Assembly: GCA_965248195.1 (NCBI GenBank)
Contig: CBDFIQ010000001.1
Coordinates: 1,120,001-1,184,000, forward strand
Origin: Longimicrobiales bacterium
Lineage (GTDB): Bacteria; Gemmatimonadota; Gemmatimonadetes; Longimicrobiales; Gaopeijiaceae
Reading direction: 5' to 3'
Length of the DNA stretch: 64,000 bases
The notes below the pieces were generated by a model. The model saw only the letters and a list, made by a program, of their open reading frames with translations. It was not told the DNA's origin and did not search any database. Numbering within the stretch: position 1 is the stretch's first letter; every line of letters starts with the position of its first letter. Of the stretch, positions 59,005 through 64,000 are shown piece by piece. Made by a program: the position numbers and the translations under genes.

Positions 59005-60380
59005 GGTCAAGTCCCGATTTGTGTGTAAAAGCGGAGGAAGCTCCTCGCCTTCGGCTAGGCTGCTTGGGCGACCTCCTGTTTCTGGAGGAGTGAGAGGTCG
59101 AGGTAACGCCGGTCGCCCCAGACGTGTGTGGTCCTGAGTGCGACGGCCGTGATGAGCCTGAGGGCGCTGGCCCGGTCCGGGAAGGCGCCGGCGGCCTTGA
59201 TCCTGCGTTTGATCTCGCCGTGCAGCCGCTCGAGGCTGTTGGTGGTACGCAGCCGGGGCCAGTGCGCCTCGGGGAACGCGTAGAACTGCGTCGCTGCCCC
59301 GAAGCCCCGCTCCAGGACCTCCACGGCCTCGGGCAGCTCCTTCTTCCAGCGTGCGCCGAACTCGCCCAGGAGCTTCTTCGCCTCGGCGAGTCCGGATGTC
59401 TGGAAGATCACCGAGACCTCACGCGCCACGCGCTTGCGTAGGCGGTGGGGGACCCTCGCCCCCACATTACGCTGCAGATGGACCGTACACCTCTGACGGC
59501 GTGCCTCGGGCAGGAAGCGGCGGACCGCAGCTGCCAGGCCTGCGTGCTCATCGGCGATCACGAGCTCGACACCGCCGAGGCCGCGGTCCTGGAGTTGCTC
59601 GAGGAGCTCCGACCAGCTCTGCTGCGACTCCTCAGCGCCCAGCGTGACGGCCAGGAGCCGTCGGTGACCCTCAGGGCCCACTGCATACGCCACGAGCGCA
59701 CTCACGTTCTCGACTTTGCGGGCCCAGCGGGCGTCCAAGAACGTGGCGTCCAGGTACAGATAGGGGTGAGGCCCCTCGATCGGCGCACGGCGCAGCCCTT
59801 CCACGGCCTCGTCGAGCCGTTTTGCCACACGACTCACCGTCGAGCGCCCAACACGCTCGCCCATCAGCGCCTCGGTGACGTCGCCCATCTTGCGCTGTGA
59901 CACGCCGCTCACATACGCCTCGACCATCATCTCGTCGAGCTCGGGGCTCCTGCGCTGGTAGCGGCCGATCACGTCGGCCGGCGAACCGTTGTCCCGGCTC
60001 CGGGGCATGGCGACCTCGATCTGCCCCAGGCTCGTCAGCAGCCGCCTCAGGTATGTGCCGTTCCTATGGTCCTTCCGGCTTCCCACCCGCTCGAAGCGGC
60101 GTGCACCTACCATGGCCTTCAGCTCCTCTTCCAGCACCATCTCGAGCGTCAGCCGGATCGCGCCTTGAAACAGCTCGCGCAAATCATCGCGTAGCTCGTC
60201 TTGCGTGGCCCGACCGATCTCCACAATCTCTTGCATCGGAAGCTCCTCTCCGGTTCCGAGCCTGCTCTGCAGACCCGGACTCCCGGGTTCATGTGACAGT
60301 GAACAACAACAGAGGAGCTTCCGTTTTTCTTTCCCTCCTGTCCAGCTTATCCGCTTTTACACAAATCTAGGGACACTACC
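59005..60380 (-). mobile_element. IS256-family insertion sequence, copy 2 (1376 bp), with 8-bp target-site duplication gccccaat
   Basis: gccccaat at 58997-59004 and 60381-60388; same ends as copy 1 in inverted orientation. Confidence 0.96.
59055..60236 (-). CDS. IS256-family transposase
   Basis: Translation identical to 23036..24217. Confidence 0.95.
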   Translation of the reverse strand: MQEIVEIGRATQDELRDDLRELFQGAIRLTLEMVLEEELKAMVGARRFERVGSRKDHRNGTYLRRLLTSLGQIEVAMPRSRDNGSPADVIGRYQRRSPELDEMMVEAYVSGVSQRKMGDVTEALMGERVGRSTVSRVAKRLDEAVEGLRRAPIEGPHPYLYLDATFLDARWARKVENVSALVAYAVGPEGHRRLLAVTLGAEESQQSWSELLEQLQDRGLGGVELVIADEHAGLAAAVRRFLPEARRQRCTVHLQRNVGARVPHRLRKRVAREVSVIFQTSGLAEAKKLLGEFGARWKKELPEAVEVLERGFGAATQFYAFPEAHWPRLRTTNSLERLHGEIKRRIKAAGAFPDRASALRLITAVALRTTHVWGDRRYLDLSLLQKQEVAQAA

Positions 60381-60842
60381 GCCCCAATCGATGACGAACG
60401 GAACGACGCCGCCGACCGGAAACGCCATGGGATCGCTCAGTCGCCAGTGCAGGGTGTCGCCGTCCGGCCGAGCGCGGCTCATGGCGCGAACAGGGCCGAG
60501 TCGGACGTCCTGGTGCCCGGGCGTATTTCGGAGCGCAAGCTCGAACGTTTTCCTCATGGACTCCGGGTCCGGGTGCCGGTATGCCCAGGTCACCAGCCGA
60601 GCCTCCGCGAGATCGTCGATGAGGAAGGGTCTGGATCGTTCCGGCTCGGGCTGCGTGGGGTCGGGGCCGATGATTTCCAAGTAGACACCAATTCCGAGGC
60701 CGATCAGCGCGTTGCGGGTACCCCAGCCGGGGTGGGCTCCACCCGGGGCCGGCTTCGTCCCGAAGCGTTCGGACAACGCCTCCACGGATGCATAAAGATC
60801 GGGCGTGGCGTAGACCAGGTGGTCCAGGCCCCGGTCCATCAT
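60381..60842 (-). pseudogene. N-terminal part of the VOC/glyoxalase-like gene, interrupted by IS256
   Basis: LDHLVYA.PDL, GG.HPG.GT.NALI.LG..YLEII.PDP, R.RPDG..L.W, PF.IDWG; start overlaps the fur-family stop (ATGA). Confidence 0.88.
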
Positions 60843-61213
60843 GCCTTGCGGCACCCCGGACAATGTCCATAGAGCACCAGTTCGTGCGCGTCGACCGCGA
60901 AGCCCGGGGGCGCAAGCCGCTCCACGTCTTCCGGACAGGCGGCGACATCGAACGCCAACCCGCACGCGCGACAGATGAAGTGGTGATGATGAGGCTTCCC
61001 GCACCGCTCGTATCGGGCCGGTTCCCCCGGTAACTCGACGGAGTGGATCCATCCCTCGTCCGAGAGGGAGTTGATGTTGCGGTAGACGGTGGCGATACCG
61101 AGGGACGGTACCAGCATACGGCCTTCGGCCAGCACCTCGTCGGTGCTCAGCGGTCTGCGCTCACGTGTGAAAACGTCACGTATTGCCCGCCGCTGCTTGG
61201 TATCGCGCTCCAC
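60839..61213 (-). CDS. Fur-family transcriptional repressor
   Basis: T.QR..I, ATVYR, HHHHFICRACG, C-terminal CPGC. Confidence 0.92.
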   Translation of the reverse strand: MERDTKQRRAIRDVFTRERRPLSTDEVLAEGRMLVPSLGIATVYRNINSLSDEGWIHSVELPGEPARYERCGKPHHHHFICRACGLAFDVAACPEDVERLAPPGFAVDAHELVLYGHCPGCRKA

Positions 61214-61262
61214 GAGAACCAGTCCTCTTTTTTTGGGTCGTATTTTTCACGTCGCTATCTCT

Positions 61263-61278
61263 TGATAATCGGTTATCA
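61263..61278. promoter_or_regulatory. Fur-box-like palindrome between the divergent Fur-family and MerC-domain genes
   Basis: TGATAA-TCGG-TTATCA inverted repeat in an AT-rich intergenic stretch. Confidence 0.65.
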
Positions 61279-61316
61279 TTTAGTGATCATCAAGTGGATG
61301 TCTGTGGGTTCCTCTC

Positions 61317-61775
61317 ATGCAGGCCAGAAGCGTGGAATCAGGTACGATCTGGAAAGACGCGAATGGTCCACCGACCGCCGCCGCCGAGGGTGGGACCTCC
61401 GCTTGGTCCGGCGCAGTTCCGGCGATCTGTGCCGTGCACTGTCTGGCAATGCCGATTCTGGCTTCGACCCTGCCGTTCTTTGCGGCCACACACGCTTGGG
61501 AGGTGTGGCTCGTGGCCCTCTCCGCATTGCTCGGGGCGGTCACCCTGGCGGCTTCCTGGCGGCTTCACGGGCGGCGGGCGGTCTGGGCCGTCGCCGCGCT
61601 TGGATTCGCGGTCTGGATTGCGGCGCTGGCCGGGTGGCTGGACCCGCTGCCGGAGAGTCTGATGTCTCCGTTGGGCGGGCTGCTTGTCGCGATCTCACTG
61701 TTTTGGAACGGACATCTGAGACACCAGGCCGTGTGCGGCTCCTGCGCGTGTCCGGTGCACCCGGCGCGGGCCTGA
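61317..61775 (+). CDS. MerC domain-containing membrane protein
   Basis: CAVHC...P in TM1, four TM helices, C-terminal H..CGSCACPVH. Confidence 0.8.
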   Translation: MQARSVESGTIWKDANGPPTAAAEGGTSAWSGAVPAICAVHCLAMPILASTLPFFAATHAWEVWLVALSALLGAVTLAASWRLHGRRAVWAVAALGFAVWIAALAGWLDPLPESLMSPLGGLLVAISLFWNGHLRHQAVCGSCACPVHPARA

Positions 61776-61928
61776 TTTCGGTAGCCGGAGCACATCCCTA
61801 GCCTGATGGCGTCGCTAGGGCTTGGAGCGACCGATCCCAACAAGATCGCCGGGAAGCGTGTCTCCGTGAGGGGTGAGTGTGCACTCTGCGCGCTCGTTCC
61901 TATGTCGATCTTGAAAATAAGTAGGCGG

Positions 61929-64000
61929 ATGAAGAACCCGAAGTCCACCTCGTCATTCTCTCTACCGGCCCTCATCGTCGCGCTAGCCCTGTCGTGGCCG
62001 GTTTCGACGGCCGGTCAAAGCGGGCAAAATGGATCAAGCGAATTTTCCTCGGATGCCAGGCTGAACCCGCCAGGGCCGGTGGCACCGGCCACGATGGCGC
62101 GTACGGATCAGGGGCGGGTCACCGTTCGGGCGGTCAGGCTTGCGGAGCCGTTGAACGTGGACGGAGTTCTGGATGAGGCTGCGTACCAGACACCGCCGAT
62201 TAGCGGGTTCATCCAGAACCTCCCCCTAGAGGGTGAGCCCGCCTCGGAGAGGACGGAGGCCTGGGTGTTCTATGATGACGATAACATCTATCTCGTGTGC
62301 CGCTGTTGGGATTCGGCGCCGCCCGAGGAGTGGATCGCCAACGAGATGCGCCGCGACGCACAGGCGGTGAGGGAGAACGACTTTTTCGGTGCGCTCTTCG
62401 ACACGTTTCACGACCGCCGCAATGGGTTCAACTTCTATACCAATCCGCTTGCGGCACGCGCCGATCAGGTGGTCACGGATGAGGGGGCGCCGAACCGTGA
62501 TTGGAACCCGGTCTGGTCCGTACGTACGGGCCGGTTCGAGGGCGGCTGGACCGCGGAGATGGCGATTCCGTTCAAGTCGCTCCGGTATCTGTCCGGAGAG
62601 GATCAGACTTGGGGGATCCAGATTCGGCGGGGCATTCGGCGCAAGAACGAGTTCGCCCATCTCACTTTCGTCCCGGCTTCAGCGGGTGGCGGGCCGGCCA
62701 TCACACGCGTGTCGGCGGCGGCGGACCTCGTCGGCCTGGATCTGCCTCCGGCGGGTAAGAACATCGAAATCAAGCCGTACGCGATCTCGAGTCTGACGAG
62801 CGATCTTACTCTGGCTGAGCCCGTATCGAACGAAGCCGACGGAGACTTTGGGCTCGACCTCAAGTACGGCATTACCGCCAACATCACGGCGGACCTGACC
62901 TACAACACGGACTTCGCCCAGGTAGAGGTGGACGAGCGACAGGTAAACCTCACCCGTTTCAGCCTGTCGTTTCCCGAGAAGCGGGAGTTCTTTCTGGAGG
63001 GCCAAGGACTGTTCGACTTCGGGAGGGGTGGCCGTCGCGGCGGCGGTGGCGGTGGCCGAGGCGGTGGCCGAGGCGGTGGCGGAGGTGGTTTTGGAGGCGG
63101 TGGCTCCGCACCAACGGTCTTCTACTCGCGACGGATTGGGCTGAGTGACGGCGAGGCCGTTCCGATCATTGGTGGCGGTCGGGTGACCGGCAAGGCGGGC
63201 CGGCTCGGGTTCGGGCTCATGAACCTCCAGACGAACGACGTTGAGGGAGTTACACCTGAGACCAATTTCAGCGTCGTACGCATCAAGCGGGACATCCTAC
63301 GGCGGAGCAATATCGGTGCGCTGTTCACGAATCGGTCGAAGTCCATGGAGGTCGACGGCACGAACCAGGTGTACGGCGTCGATGGCAGCTTCAACTTCGG
63401 CGAGGACGTCAGCTTCAGCGGGTTCTACGCTCAGTCGCGGACGCCCGGCCTGAACAGCGACAATGAGAGCTATGTGGGCCGGGCCAATTACGGTGGAGAC
63501 CGGTATGGGCTGAGTGCCGATTACACCGTGGTGGGTGACAACTTCAATCCTGAAGTTGGTCTTGTCCGCCGCGATAACTTCCGCCGGTATTCGACTTCGG
63601 CTCGGTTCAGCCCACGCCCACGGTCGATCGAGTCGATACGCCAGTTCAGATTGTTCGTCCGCTATGAGCGCATTGAGAGCCTAAACGCGGGAGTGCTCGA
63701 GACCGAAGTCTGGAATGGTGGCTTCAACATCGAGTTCGAGAACAGCGACCAGTTCGGAGTGTTCGGCGGCGTCAACTTCGAACGACTCGAGGTGCCTTTG
63801 CAGGTTTCGAGTGATGTCTCGGTTCCGGTGGGAGGCTACGACTTCAAGAGCGTCTCCTTCCAGTACGGCCTCGGTGGACAGCGTCGGGTGTCGGGGTCTT
63901 TTTCCTTTCAGATCGGCGAGTTCTACGACGGCACCATCAGAACCGTTGGGTACAACCGAGGACGCATCTCCGTGCTCGATCGGTTCTCGTTGGAGCCCAG
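61929..64000 (+). CDS. CBM9-like + DUF5916 outer-membrane protein, runs off the window edge
   Basis: Manual translation from ATG 61929: signal peptide, VRAVRL..DG.LDE, GWTAEMAIPFKSLRY, NTDFAQVEVD, FPEKREFFLEG, FYSRRIG. Not in the ORF track. Confidence 0.85.
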   Translation, partial: MKNPKSTSSFSLPALIVALALSWPVSTAGQSGQNGSSEFSSDARLNPPGPVAPATMARTDQGRVTVRAVRLAEPLNVDGVLDEAAYQTPPISGFIQNLPLEGEPASERTEAWVFYDDDNIYLVCRCWDSAPPEEWIANEMRRDAQAVRENDFFGALFDTFHDRRNGFNFYTNPLAARADQVVTDEGAPNRDWNPVWSVRTGRFEGGWTAEMAIPFKSLRYLSGEDQTWGIQIRRGIRRKNEFAHLTFVPASAGGGPAITRVSAAADLVGLDLPPAGKNIEIKPYAISSLTSDLTLAEPVSNEADGDFGLDLKYGITANITADLTYNTDFAQVEVDERQVNLTRFSLSFPEKREFFLEGQGLFDFGRGGRRGGGGGGRGGGRGGGGGGFGGGGSAPTVFYSRRIGLSDGEAVPIIGGGRVTGKAGRLGFGLMNLQTNDVEGVTPETNFSVVRIKRDILRRSNIGALFTNRSKSMEVDGTNQVYGVDGSFNFGEDVSFSGFYAQSRTPGLNSDNESYVGRANYGGDRYGLSADYTVVGDNFNPEVGLVRRDNFRRYSTSARFSPRPRSIESIRQFRLFVRYERIESLNAGVLETEVWNGGFNIEFENSDQFGVFGGVNFERLEVPLQVSSDVSVPVGGYDFKSVSFQYGLGGQRRVSGSFSFQIGEFYDGTIRTVGYNRGRISVLDRFSLEP

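Noticed and set aside
22892..60380. Composite transposon or inversion bounded by the two inverted IS copies
   Set aside because: Copy 2 has its own TSD inside one gene, the outer flanks do not match, and the interior holds core genes such as rho, thyX and trxB.
1..64000. tRNA, rRNA, prophage, integron or defence-system genes
   Set aside because: No such motifs or proteins recognised in this window.

Overview
GC-rich bacterial chromosomal segment. The gene mix (DUF5916/CBM9 outer-membrane proteins, NHL-repeat lipoproteins, DUF4159, secreted PQQ/cupin proteins, MlaEFD, rho, thyX) suggests Gemmatimonadota; this taxonomy is an inference. About 55 CDSs are housekeeping (recQ, thyX, rho, mlaEFD, trxB, fumC, nfo, ada, phhB) or envelope/secreted accessory genes. 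Notable elements: (1) two inverted 1376-bp IS256-family copies, one with an 8-bp target duplication splitting a VOC gene and one without, joining halves of two unrelated genes; (2) a 195-aa mini-intein at the ThyX catalytic Ser; (3) a probable 6S RNA with its own promoter and hairpin; (4) a 22-bp tandem repeat forming a chain of ATGA-coupled mini-ORFs ahead of a TonB-dependent receptor; (5) a divergent GroES-like ORF lacking the mobile loop; (6) an orphan cytochrome b with an altered PEWY motif next to a His-N-terminal anchored protein; (7) two tandem gene duplications and a frameshifted FAH-family gene. All family calls come from motif recognition by eye; no database search was run.
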